Shown in pieces: positions 35,579-45,395 of a DNA stretch of 64,000 nt (position 1 is its first letter; every line of letters starts with the position of its first letter). The position numbers and the translations under genes are program-made. This stretch comes from Candidatus Brocadiia bacterium (GTDB lineage: Bacteria > Planctomycetota > Brocadiia > CAIUPP01): assembly GCA_050015075.1 (NCBI GenBank), contig JBEKCB010000007.1, forward strand, positions 96,001 to 160,000. The letters run 5' to 3'. Under the pieces are notes generated by a model. That model was not told where the DNA came from. It searched no databases and worked only from the letters and a program-made list of their open reading frames with translations.

Positions 35579-38227
35579 CTATGGAACATAGTTCGCCGGG
35601 CTCTCGCGAAAAGGTTTTTGCGCCTTGTAGGATTCCAACTGCTCTTCGATCCGTCCGGCCATCTGCGCGGAATGGGCCTTCCGCGCCAGGTCGAGCGCCT
35701 GGGTCGCCGCCGCGACCGCCTCGTCAAATCGCCCCTGCTCCGCGCAGGCCGCGCCGAGCGTACTCAAGGCTGTCGGATTCGCGCCGGCGGTTGCTTGGAC
35801 GGCCTGTTCGGCCAGTCGCGCCGCTTCGGCTCCGTCGCGGAGACGGGCGTCCGGAATCGTCGCAAGGATCCACGCCAGGGCGCTCGCGATCTCCGCGGAA
35901 CCCGGCATCAGTTTCGACGTCTCGCGCAGATGCTCAACCGCATCCGCCGGGCGGCCGAGCCTGCAGAGCACCCGCGCGAGGCGGATGTGCCCCTCGGCGT
36001 CCTTCGGCATCAGGCGCACGAACTCCCGGCATTGCGGCAGCGCTTCATCCATCTTCCCGAGAGCGATCAGCGCGGTCGCCAGGCTCTTGTGCCCCGAGGC
36101 AAAATCCGGAGCGATTTGCGCGACCGCGCGAAACTGCGCGACGGCCTCCTTCAGGTCTCGTTCCTCGAAGAGGGCTTTTCCGAGATTGAAGTGCGCCTGC
36201 AAATAATCGGGCGAGATCCGCAACGCCTCGTGAAACTGTTGCATGGCCTCGGCCGGCTTTCCCATCTGCATAAGGACAGTCCCCAAATCATTGTGCGCTT
36301 CGCTCGAATCCGGCCTGACTTTAAGAGCCTCTTCGATGTATTGACAGGCAGCGTCGCTCTGTCCGGCTGCGGCAAGCTTGCGGCCCATCGTCAACGCCGC
36401 GAGCACCATGGCATCATGGATCCAAACGGCGCCGGCGGGCGCCTGTTCCAGGCAGATCTGAAATTGCTCCATGGCGCTCTTGAACTCGCCCCGATCAAAC
36501 TCCAGTTCCGCAAAATCCTTGCGAAGGAGCAGGTCGTGGGGGTCTTTTTCGAGCGCGCTGCGGTACAGGTCCGAATCCGCTTTCAGGCCTTCCGGCGTGT
36601 TGCGTTTCCCCAATTCTTTCTTGGTCTCCTGCAGCCGCGCACGAACCTCGGCCTGGTTGAGTTGAAACGTGAAAGGCGGCGTATTTTCTCTCTCCAACAG
36701 GATCTGCACGATTCCAGCCAGGCCCCAGTCGGTCAGGACAAGCGCCTTCACGCACTTCTCCATGGGCGGCGGCGAAACCGTCTCCGCAGGGTGGGCGTCC
36801 ATCGAGAAGGCGGCAGGGGTCCGAGCCAGCTCTTCGAAGAGGGCGCTCGCCAGCAGGTAATTGCCGGCGAAGTTCATGTGCACATGGTCCCAGAACAGCT
36901 CAGCGCCGGGCGCCCCGTGCGCCGCCTTGTCCTCCTCACGAAAGACCTGCTCGACGTCGAGAAGGTGAATCCCGCTCGGTTCCCGTCCGGCGGCCGCCTC
37001 GCGGATGATGCCGTTGATGCGCGTATCCGCGCGGAACCGCAGCACGTCCAGATCGCGCGCCAGAATGAATTCATCCCGCGCCTTGTCGAATTGCCTAAGC
37101 TCCCGGTCACACCGGCCCAGACGAAAATGCAAGTCGGCGAACCGGTCGTCGAGCGCGGCCGCCTCGCGATATTTCGCCGCCGCCTGCGCGCAGTCGCCCT
37201 TGGCCTCGAGCGCAACGCCTGCATTGTACGCCGCTTCCCATGCGGCCATCGTATCCCGGCCGAGGTCGGAGCGGTGCGCCGACCCGAACGGCGCGCAGTC
37301 TTCGAGATTCGTCGCGACCGTGCACAGGATCACGCTGGCGCCCGACTTCCGCGCCGCCTCGCAGATGTCGGCCAGGTTTTTCCGAAAATAGCCGTACATC
37401 CTTTCCAAACGCGGATCATCGGCGGGCACGTGATTCCCGACAAACATGTTCAGGGAGTCCCACCTCTTCGGCCCTCCCGATCCGCTCAAGAACCTCCACG
37501 AGGCGCTCTGAAGCAACTGCCCGATCTTCGTGGACCTGATCCAAATGCTGCCGCGAATGAGCCAGAGGTTTCGTGAGAAGCGGTCGAACACCGTGCCGGG
37601 TCCGTAGGGCCCGATCGCCTCGTTGTTGCCCATATAGATGATGAACAGATCGCCATGGAGCCTTGCGCAATCCCGGGCAATCGGAAGGATCACGTGAGAA
37701 TTGATCGCGGCCAGGCCGGTGTTGATGACCTCGAATCGCAGCTCCGGGTGCTGGTCGCGCAGCATGACTTGGAGAATCCGGCTGAACCCGAACTCCGGCG
37801 CCGGATCGCCGATGGCCGCGGACTCGCCCAGCACGAAGATTCGGTACGTTCCGGCGGGCTTGTCGGCTGCGAACGATATCGGGACGGCCGGGCTGCGGGC
37901 GATGGCCGGCCTGAAGAACCGCCACCCGAATTTGCCATTGCCGCTGAACTCACCACCCGGTCCGGCTTTGACAAAGAAATGCGAGGGATATCCATAACCG
38001 AACGCGCGCAGGCCGCCCTCGAGCAAGCCGAGGAGCAACGCCGGCACGACGACCAGGGCCGCGAGCCGGAAGGCCCACCTGCGCCGGCGGGTGAGGCCGA
38101 TTCTCGCGGGCCCTTCCTCTCTGGGGCCGCACGGGTTCGGACCCTCTCTTTCGCACCCTTCAAGATCTTCGGATCCTGCTGATCCCATCTTCCCCCGGCC
38201 TCCGGCGCCGAGAATCCATGGACGCAC
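35579..38227 (-). CDS. Membrane-anchored SGNH-fold plus TPR protein, copy 2 (start uncertain)
   Basis: N-terminal TM; SGNH blocks VLGESAA, YMGNNE, FWDHVH; C-terminal TPRs. Confidence 0.85.
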   Translation of the reverse strand: MRPWILGAGGRGKMGSAGSEDLEGCEREGPNPCGPREEGPARIGLTRRRRWAFRLAALVVVPALLLGLLEGGLRAFGYGYPSHFFVKAGPGGEFSGNGKFGWRFFRPAIARSPAVPISFAADKPAGTYRIFVLGESAAIGDPAPEFGFSRILQVMLRDQHPELRFEVINTGLAAINSHVILPIARDCARLHGDLFIIYMGNNEAIGPYGPGTVFDRFSRNLWLIRGSIWIRSTKIGQLLQSASWRFLSGSGGPKRWDSLNMFVGNHVPADDPRLERMYGYFRKNLADICEAARKSGASVILCTVATNLEDCAPFGSAHRSDLGRDTMAAWEAAYNAGVALEAKGDCAQAAAKYREAAALDDRFADLHFRLGRCDRELRQFDKARDEFILARDLDVLRFRADTRINGIIREAAAGREPSGIHLLDVEQVFREEDKAAHGAPGAELFWDHVHMNFAGNYLLASALFEELARTPAAFSMDAHPAETVSPPPMEKCVKALVLTDWGLAGIVQILLERENTPPFTFQLNQAEVRARLQETKKELGKRNTPEGLKADSDLYRSALEKDPHDLLLRKDFAELEFDRGEFKSAMEQFQICLEQAPAGAVWIHDAMVLAALTMGRKLAAAGQSDAACQYIEEALKVRPDSSEAHNDLGTVLMQMGKPAEAMQQFHEALRISPDYLQAHFNLGKALFEERDLKEAVAQFRAVAQIAPDFASGHKSLATALIALGKMDEALPQCREFVRLMPKDAEGHIRLARVLCRLGRPADAVEHLRETSKLMPGSAEIASALAWILATIPDARLRDGAEAARLAEQAVQATAGANPTALSTLGAACAEQGRFDEAVAAATQALDLARKAHSAQMAGRIEEQLESYKAQKPFRESPANYVP

Positions 38228-38284
38228 GACCTGCTTCCTTCGTCCGCCGCGCCCCCTCGAACCGCGCCCGAGTCACCCAGGCGG

Positions 38285-38313
38285 AATCTATCCGCCGGCA
38301 ATGGGGTTGTCAA
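38285..38313 (-). promoter_or_regulatory. Sigma70 promoter (duplicated)
   Basis: TTGACA-17-TAGATT. Confidence 0.65.
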
Positions 38314-38333
38314 GGAAGGCGGCCGGCCGTCGT

Positions 38334-40952
38334 CTAAGGACCATAGCCTGCCGGGCTCTCGTGAAAAGGTTTTCGCGCCTTGTAGGATTCCAACTGCCCT
38401 TCAATCCATCCTGCCGCTTGCGCAGAATCGGCCTTCCGCGCCAGGTCGAGCGCCTCGGTCGCCGCCGCGATGGCCTCGTCAAAGCGCCCTTGCTCCGCGC
38501 AGGCCGCTCCGAGCGTGCTCAGAACCACCGGATTCGCGCCCCCGGTCGCCCGGTCGGCCTGTTCGGCCAGTCGCAGCGCCTCGGCGCCGTCGCGGACACG
38601 GGCGTCCGGATTCGTCGCAAGGATCCACGCCAGGGCGAGCGCGGTTCTCGCGGACCCCGGCGTCCGTTTCAAGCTCCCGCGCAGGTGCTCCACTGCTTCC
38701 GCGGGGCGGCCGAGCATGCAGAGCACCTTGGCGAGACGAGTGTGTCCTCCGGCGTCGTCCGGCGCCAGCCGCACGAACTCCTGACAGGGCGGCAGCGCCT
38801 CCTCTGTCTTCCCGAGCGCGATCAGCGCGGCTGCCAGGTTATCTTGCCCCTCGGCGGAATCCGGATCGCTTTTCACAGCCGCGCGAAACTGCGCGACGGC
38901 CTCCTTCAGGTTTCCTTCCTGGACGAGGGCTTCTCCGAGACTGAGGTGTGCCGACGAAGAGTCGGGGGAGATCCGCAACGCCTCGTGAAGCTGCCGCATC
39001 GCCTCGTCCGGCTTTCCCATCTGCAAAAGAACAGACCCCAGATCGCTGTGCGCTTCGCTCAAGTCCGGCCTGAGTTTAAGAGCTTCCTCGAAGTATTGAC
39101 GGGCCGCGTCGTGCTGTCCGGTTGCCCAGAGCTTTCGGCCCATCCGCCCGATCGCGAAGACGACGCCGGCCGTGATCCAATCAGCGCCCGCGGGCGCCTT
39201 TTCCAGGCAGATGTGAAACTGCTCCAGCGCGCTTTTGAACTCGCCCCGATCGAACTCCAGTTCTGCGTAATTCTGGCGGAGGAGCAGATCCTGGGGAGCT
39301 TTTTCGAGAGCGCTGCGGTACAGGTCCGAATCCGCTTTCAGAACTTCCGGCGTGTCATGTTTTTCCCATTCCCTCTGATCCGCCAGCAACCGCGCACACC
39401 GCTCGGCGTGGTTGAGTTGAAACGTGAAAGGCGGCATATCCTCTCTCTCCAGCAGGATTCCCGCGATCCCCGTCAGGGCCCAGTCGGTCAGCACCAGAGC
39501 CTTCGCGCACTTTTCCATGGGCGGCGGCGAAACCGTCTCCGCAGGGCGGCCGTCCAGCGAGAAGGCGGCAGGGTTCCGGGCCAGTTCTTCGAAGACGGCG
39601 CTCGCCAGCAGGTAATTGCCGGCGAAGTTCATGTGGACATGGTCCCAGAACAGCTCGGCGCCCGGAGCCCCGTGCGCCGCCGGGTCGCCCTCCTCAAAGA
39701 CCCGCACGAGGTCGAGAAGGTGAATCCCGTTCGGTTCCTGTCCGGCAGCCGCCTCGCGAATGATGCCGTTGATGCGCGTATCCGCGCGGAACCGCAGCAC
39801 GTCCTGATCGCGCGCCAGAATAAACTCCTCCCGCGCCTTGTCGAATTCCTTCAGATCCCGGTCACACCGGCCCAGGCGAAAGTGCAAGTCGGCGAATTGA
39901 TCGTCGAGCGCGGCCGCCTCGCGATACTTGGCCGCCGCCTGCGCGTGGTCGCCCTTGGCCTCGAGCGCAACGCCGGCCTGATAAATCTCCTCCCATGCAG
40001 CCGTCTCGTCCGCGCCCAGGTTCGAACGGTGCGCCGACCCGAACGGCGCGCACTCCCCGAGATTCGTCGCGACGGTGCAAAGGATCACGCGCGCGCCTGA
40101 CCGCCGCGCCACCTCGCAGATGTCGCTCAGGTTCTTCCGGAAATGGCCGTACATCCTTTCCAAACGCGGATCGCCGGCGGGCACATGATTCCCGGCGAAC
40201 ATCTTCAAGCCTTCCCACTTCTCCGGCTGCCCCGTTCCTCTCAGGAACAGCCGCGAGGCGCTCTGAAGCAGTTGCCCGATCCTTGTGGACTTGCTCCAAA
40301 TGCTGCCGCGAATGAGCCAAAGGTTTCGCGAGAAGCGGTCAAACGCCGTGCCGGGTCCGAAGGGTCCGACCACCTCGTTGTTGCCCATGTAGATGATGAA
40401 CAAGTCGCCATGGAGCCTTGCGCAATCCCGGGCGATCGGAAGGATCACGTGGGAATTGATCCCGGTCAGGGCGGTGTTGATGACCTCGAATTGCAACGCC
40501 GGGCGCTGCTCGCGCAACATCGCTTCGAGAATCCGACTGAACCCGAACTGCGGCGCCGGGTCGCCTGCAGCCGCGGACTCGCCGAGGACGAAGATTCGAT
40601 ATGTTCCGGCCGGCTTTTCGGCTGTGAACGTCGTCGGGACGGCCGGGGTGCGGGCGATGGCCGGACTGAAGAACCGCCACGCGAACTTGCCATTGCTCGT
40701 GAGCTTCTCACCCGCTCCGGCTTTGACAAAGTAATGCGAAGGATATCCATAGCCGAACGCGCGCAGGCCGCCCTCGAGCAAGCCGAGGAGCAACGCCGGC
40801 ACGACGACCATGGCCGCGAGCCGGAAGGCCCACCTGCGCCGGCGGGTGAGGCTGCTTCTTGCAGGCGCGTCATCCCTCGGGCCGCGCCGGTCCGGACTCT
40901 CTCCTCCGCGCCCTTCAAGATATTCAGGGCTTCTTGATCTCAACTTCCGCAC
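38334..40952 (-). CDS. Membrane-anchored SGNH-fold plus TPR protein, copy 1
   Basis: Co-linear close paralog of 35579-38227 with the same GES/GNNE/DHVH motifs. Confidence 0.85.
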   Translation of the reverse strand: MRKLRSRSPEYLEGRGGESPDRRGPRDDAPARSSLTRRRRWAFRLAAMVVVPALLLGLLEGGLRAFGYGYPSHYFVKAGAGEKLTSNGKFAWRFFSPAIARTPAVPTTFTAEKPAGTYRIFVLGESAAAGDPAPQFGFSRILEAMLREQRPALQFEVINTALTGINSHVILPIARDCARLHGDLFIIYMGNNEVVGPFGPGTAFDRFSRNLWLIRGSIWSKSTRIGQLLQSASRLFLRGTGQPEKWEGLKMFAGNHVPAGDPRLERMYGHFRKNLSDICEVARRSGARVILCTVATNLGECAPFGSAHRSNLGADETAAWEEIYQAGVALEAKGDHAQAAAKYREAAALDDQFADLHFRLGRCDRDLKEFDKAREEFILARDQDVLRFRADTRINGIIREAAAGQEPNGIHLLDLVRVFEEGDPAAHGAPGAELFWDHVHMNFAGNYLLASAVFEELARNPAAFSLDGRPAETVSPPPMEKCAKALVLTDWALTGIAGILLEREDMPPFTFQLNHAERCARLLADQREWEKHDTPEVLKADSDLYRSALEKAPQDLLLRQNYAELEFDRGEFKSALEQFHICLEKAPAGADWITAGVVFAIGRMGRKLWATGQHDAARQYFEEALKLRPDLSEAHSDLGSVLLQMGKPDEAMRQLHEALRISPDSSSAHLSLGEALVQEGNLKEAVAQFRAAVKSDPDSAEGQDNLAAALIALGKTEEALPPCQEFVRLAPDDAGGHTRLAKVLCMLGRPAEAVEHLRGSLKRTPGSARTALALAWILATNPDARVRDGAEALRLAEQADRATGGANPVVLSTLGAACAEQGRFDEAIAAATEALDLARKADSAQAAGWIEGQLESYKARKPFHESPAGYGP

Positions 40953-41031
40953 GCCCTTCAGATCTCATGAGAATCCGGGAATCCCTGGGCGCACGCCCTG
41001 TTTCCTGTCCGTACCTATGTCGCCCCAGCGG

Positions 41032-41060
41032 AATCTATCAGCCGGCAGTGATGCTGTCAA
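41032..41060 (-). promoter_or_regulatory. Sigma70 promoter (duplicated)
   Basis: TTGACA-17-TAGATT, homologous to 38285-38313. Confidence 0.65.
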
Positions 41061-41131
41061 GAAAAACAGGGGCGCGGGACGACCGGTTCGCTAAAAGAGC
41101 CGGTTTCTTCGCCGGGCTGAATGAGCCTGGA

Positions 41132-43246
41132 TCACGGAATTTGAGATTCGGCCGCGCCATTCCCGGCCGGGTAGATGCTCTTTGTGGACAGCGTGCCGCC
41201 GAGCAATCGGTCGCATTCGGTCGCGACTTCCAGCGCGCCGGCGGGTCTGCGGCGCGGTTTCTTCTCCAACATCCGCATGATGAACCGTTGGATCTCCGCG
41301 GTCAGGTCCGGCCGGAAGTCCGCGATGGGCGCCGGCGGGCGCGTTGAAATGTCGCGGGCGATTTCTTCAAGACTCGCGCCCCGCGGGCGGAGCGGCCACG
41401 TGCCGGTCAGCCATTCGTAGGCGATCACGCCGAGCGCATAAATGTCGGCCTGTCCGGTGACTCGCGCGCCCGCCGCTTGCTCCGGCGCCATGTAGGGCAG
41501 CGTGCCGGTCATCTGCGGGATCGAGGTCTCCTGCTGACCGGCGACATGGGCGATCCCGAAGTCCACCAGCACCGGGCCGCCGTCGTTGCGAATGAGGATG
41601 TTCTCGGGCTTCAGGTCGCGGTGCACCACGCCGGCTTCGTGCAGTGCGTGGAGGGCCTGCGCGATCCTGGAGAGTTGCGCGACGACCTGGTACGGGTCCG
41701 CCGTGGCGTCTCTGGGCATCAGGTTTCGCAAGGCGCCGCCGGAGACGAGTTCTTGGATGATGTACGTGGCGCCGTCCGGCTCGGTCCCGATGGCCAGGAC
41801 ACGGACGACGCCGGGATGGCGCACGCGCGAGGCCGCCTCGAGTTCGGTCCGGGCCGACGCGAGGATGCTCTGCCGGGCGCGCGCGTCGTAGAGCTTCTCA
41901 AGGCGAAGCCGCTTGAGCACCACGTCTCTGCCGCGCTCGGGGTCGTAGACCTGGAAGACATCCCCGAATGCGCCGGCGCCCAACTGCCGGCGGATGACAT
42001 AAGTGGTCCTCGCGGCGGAACCCGCATCGCCGACGCCGCGGCCTTTTTCGTCTATCGCGCCCTCGACCAATTCCAGGCCGGCCATGGCCTCGTTGAGGAC
42101 CGGAAGGTAGCGGGCGAAACCGTCCGCGCGCGCGATGCGCAATCCGCGCAGCAGGCATTGCTCCGCAAGCGCCTTGTATCTCCATTGCAAGTACGCCTCG
42201 GCCAGAGAGATCCGCGCGGGAATTTCTTCGTCCGGAAGGTCCATCTCCTCGAACCCCTTGACCGTCTCGGCCAGGAGCGGGATGGCCTGCTCGTCCGCGC
42301 GCGCCCGGAGCAGCTCTCCTCGCGCGGCGCTGAGGAGCAAAGGGAAGTAAGCGTCGGCGTCGCGGGGCATCGCCTTTTCCGCCGCGGCAAGTTCCGACTC
42401 GGCCCGGTCCGGCTCACCCTGCGCCAGGCGCAGCAGCGCCAGGTCTTTCCGCGCGAAGAACACCAGGTCCCTGAAACCGGCTGCCTCCGCTTTTTCGATG
42501 CACTGGGTCAGGCAGCTCTCGGCCCTCGCATAGTTCTCCATCCCGAGGAAGGCGCGGCCGAGGTCTTCGAGCATCCGCGCCTGGCCGCGCCGGTCGCCGA
42601 GCGCGGCGGCGAGTTCCAGGTTCCGCTCGAAGCAAAAGACGGCCTGGCTGAAACGCCCGGCTTTCAGGTGGACCCTGCCCAGGTTGCCGAGGGTGATGGC
42701 GGTCCCGAAACGGTCCGCCGCCATCGTCTTGAGGACGAGAGAGAAGGCGTAGTCGTTGACGGCGAGGTCGAGCCGGCCGCGCGCGGCTTCCGCCATGCCC
42801 AATGTGTCGAGCACCTGGGCCTGCGCCAGGCGTTCGCCGAGGCCGTCATAGATTTCCGCGGCTTTCAGGAGGGCTTCGATCGAGGCCGCGGTGCGTCGGA
42901 GTTTTCCCTCGGCCAGCCCGATGATGTGCCATGCCCGCCCGGCCAGAACGGTCCCGGGCGCGACGCGGCTCAAAACGTCTTTCGCGGCATCCAGCGCTTT
43001 CGGGATATGGCTTCGTTCGCGGATGCCCAGCAGAGCCAGTTCCAGCGAGCAGGCGTCGCGGAGCGCGGGCGAGGCGGCCTCGAGGTCCTGGCGGGCCTCG
43101 GCTTCCCGGCCGACCAGCAGCCGGGCCTGCGCCCGCCCGAACAACGCCTCGGCGGAAGAAGCCGGTTCGTCGGACACCACAGCGGGAGTTTCCCGGTCCA
43201 ACGCCGATCGGTAGGGCTCGGGAAGCGGCACGGTGCAAAAGAACAT
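41132..43246 (-). CDS. Ser/Thr protein kinase with N-terminal TPR repeats
   Basis: TPRs in about aa 30-390; LGAGAFGDV, VLK, HRDLKPEN, DFG, YMAPE. Confidence 0.92.
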   Translation of the reverse strand: MFFCTVPLPEPYRSALDRETPAVVSDEPASSAEALFGRAQARLLVGREAEARQDLEAASPALRDACSLELALLGIRERSHIPKALDAAKDVLSRVAPGTVLAGRAWHIIGLAEGKLRRTAASIEALLKAAEIYDGLGERLAQAQVLDTLGMAEAARGRLDLAVNDYAFSLVLKTMAADRFGTAITLGNLGRVHLKAGRFSQAVFCFERNLELAAALGDRRGQARMLEDLGRAFLGMENYARAESCLTQCIEKAEAAGFRDLVFFARKDLALLRLAQGEPDRAESELAAAEKAMPRDADAYFPLLLSAARGELLRARADEQAIPLLAETVKGFEEMDLPDEEIPARISLAEAYLQWRYKALAEQCLLRGLRIARADGFARYLPVLNEAMAGLELVEGAIDEKGRGVGDAGSAARTTYVIRRQLGAGAFGDVFQVYDPERGRDVVLKRLRLEKLYDARARQSILASARTELEAASRVRHPGVVRVLAIGTEPDGATYIIQELVSGGALRNLMPRDATADPYQVVAQLSRIAQALHALHEAGVVHRDLKPENILIRNDGGPVLVDFGIAHVAGQQETSIPQMTGTLPYMAPEQAAGARVTGQADIYALGVIAYEWLTGTWPLRPRGASLEEIARDISTRPPAPIADFRPDLTAEIQRFIMRMLEKKPRRRPAGALEVATECDRLLGGTLSTKSIYPAGNGAAESQIP

Positions 43247-43343
43247 GACTGTCGCCCTATGGGCTTCTGCGCAGTTCCAATCTCGGGCTGCGACTGATCC
43301 CCGCCGCGCTCCTCGCTCGGCCGCGAGGAACGGTCGCGGAAGC

Positions 43344-45137
43344 TTATTCGACGCGGAGGACGATGAGGCTGATGTCGTCGCTTTGCGGTGCGCCCGTGGC
43401 GAACTCGCGGACGGCGGCGCTGATGCGCTTCACAATCTCATCGGCGCCGGCATCGCCGACCCGGCGCACCAGGTGCAGCAGGCGCTTCAGGCCGAAGATT
43501 TCGCCCTGGGGGTTGAGCGCCTCGGTGACGCCATCGGTGTAGAAGACGAGCAGGTCGCCTCGGCGCAACGGCACGTCGGCCTGCTCGTATTCCTCGCCCA
43601 GGTCGGCGCCGAGGACCATGCCGCCTTTTTCGAGCGGCTCGGCCCGGCCGCCGCGGATGACCAGCGGCGGGTTGTGCCCGGCGTTGGTGTACGAGACGAT
43701 CCGCCGGGCCGGGTCCAGCACGCCGCAGAAGAGCGAGACGAACTGGCCGGAGCGCGAGTCGTGGCAGAGGTTCTTGTTCAGCCGCCGCATCAACTGGCGC
43801 GGCTCGGTGGTGCTTTCCAGGTGAGCGCGCAGCGCGGCGCGCGCCGAGGCCATCAGCAGCGCGGCCGGGACGCCCTTGCCGGCCACGTCGGCGATGACGA
43901 AGGCGACGCGGTCGCCTTTGACGCGGATGAAATCGTAAAAATCCCCGCCGACTTCGCTGCACGGGATGCTCTGCGCGGCGATGTCGAATCCGGTCACGGT
44001 CGGCGGGTGCTCCGGCAGGAGTTGCTCCTGGATCCTTCCCGCCCAGCGCAGTTCGCGGTCGAGCTTGCGCTTCTCGATGCTCTGCTGGTAGAGCTGCGCG
44101 TTCTCGATCGCCACGGCGGCCTGGTTGGCCAGCGACCGCAGCACCTGCACCTGGTCGGGGTCGAAATGCCGCTGGTCGGCGGTGTAAAGGTGCAGCGTGC
44201 CGATGGGCCGCTTCTTGCTGATCAGGCCGAGCGAGATGCCGGAGCGGATGCCTTCGGCCTGCGCCTCCTTCGGGTACGTCACGCGCGGGTCGTGGAGCAT
44301 GTCGAAGGTCTGGACCACCTCGCCCTTGAGCGCGGCGCGGTCAATTTCGCTCCGCTCCACCAGCACGGGGCCTTTGTCGAGGTAGCGCTGGCTGAGGTTG
44401 TAGAACGACTTGATGACGAGGCGCTTGCCCTGCGCGTCGAGCAGGCGGATCGAGCAGCCCTTGGCGCCGGCCGCCTCGGTGGCGCTCTTGGCGACGAGCT
44501 TGAGCAGTTGGTTCAGGTCCAGCGTTCCGGCGAGGAGCTTGCTGACCTCGTAGAGCGTGCTGATCTCGCGCAGCTTGGCGCGCAGCTCTGCGCCCTGGTA
44601 GCAAAGGCCCGCGACGCCGTTGGTGATCGAGACGAGCAGCGTGATCGCCTGGGTCATCTCCGCTTCCGACCACGGCCGGACGGTGTTCAGCGCCGAGCGG
44701 AGTTTTTTCTCCGGGATGCCGCTGCGTTGCGCCAGTTGGGCGATGCGCGCCGCCGAGACCTGGCCTTCCGGCTGGTCGCCGGTGACGATCGTCCCGACGC
44801 AGGTGTTCTCGACCTCGATGGGCGCGGCGAACTGCGAAAGGCCCGCGTGGCAGACGTACTTGACCACGCGATGCTCTTCGGCCGCGCGCGCCACGGCCCG
44901 GCGGTTGCTTTCGCGGCAGCACGTCTCGCCGTATTGCGAACCGGTCATGAGCGAGCAGAACGTGTTCTGGCAGCTCGGCCGCGTGACCGGCCGGCCCTGC
45001 AGGTCGCGGATGACCACGGAGACGCCGGTGACTTCGGCGAACCGGTCCTGCATCCGCTGGAGGACGCCGACGTCCACCAGCTCCGCGAGAGGGGTCTCGC
45101 GGATGAGCTTGCGAAGCTGGGTGTCGGCTTTCGCCAT
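43344..45137 (-). CDS. PocR-GAF-SpoIIE (PP2C) phosphatase
   Basis: PocR (FCSLM..CRES, YVCHAGLSQFAAPI), GAF, EVGGDFYD, DVAGKG, YTDGVTE, SDDI. Confidence 0.92.
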   Translation of the reverse strand: MAKADTQLRKLIRETPLAELVDVGVLQRMQDRFAEVTGVSVVIRDLQGRPVTRPSCQNTFCSLMTGSQYGETCCRESNRRAVARAAEEHRVVKYVCHAGLSQFAAPIEVENTCVGTIVTGDQPEGQVSAARIAQLAQRSGIPEKKLRSALNTVRPWSEAEMTQAITLLVSITNGVAGLCYQGAELRAKLREISTLYEVSKLLAGTLDLNQLLKLVAKSATEAAGAKGCSIRLLDAQGKRLVIKSFYNLSQRYLDKGPVLVERSEIDRAALKGEVVQTFDMLHDPRVTYPKEAQAEGIRSGISLGLISKKRPIGTLHLYTADQRHFDPDQVQVLRSLANQAAVAIENAQLYQQSIEKRKLDRELRWAGRIQEQLLPEHPPTVTGFDIAAQSIPCSEVGGDFYDFIRVKGDRVAFVIADVAGKGVPAALLMASARAALRAHLESTTEPRQLMRRLNKNLCHDSRSGQFVSLFCGVLDPARRIVSYTNAGHNPPLVIRGGRAEPLEKGGMVLGADLGEEYEQADVPLRRGDLLVFYTDGVTEALNPQGEIFGLKRLLHLVRRVGDAGADEIVKRISAAVREFATGAPQSDDISLIVLRVE

Positions 45138-45183
45138 GATTGATGTTACCGAACAGAGCCTTGAATGACTCGTTTCCTGTTCA

Positions 45184-45270
45184 TCGTAATCTTACTCGTA
45201 ATCGTAATCGCCGTCCATCCGTCGCCGTCCGGAAGGCGATTACGAGTAAGATTGCGATTGCGATTACGAG
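45184..45270. repeat. Intergenic palindrome of CGATTA hexamers
   Basis: TCGTAATCTTACTCGTAATCG (45184-45204) / CGATTACGAGTAAGATTGCGA (45237-45257). Confidence 0.75.
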
Positions 45271-45395
45271 ACTTGTTGGATGGCGATCTCGCTGGCGAAA
45301 CTCAGTGCGCGTGCCTCAGAAAAAAACGGGGAGAGCCTCCGCGGCATGCGCCACGGCCGCTCTCCCCGCCGAACTCTTGCGCCGGCGTCCGCTGA

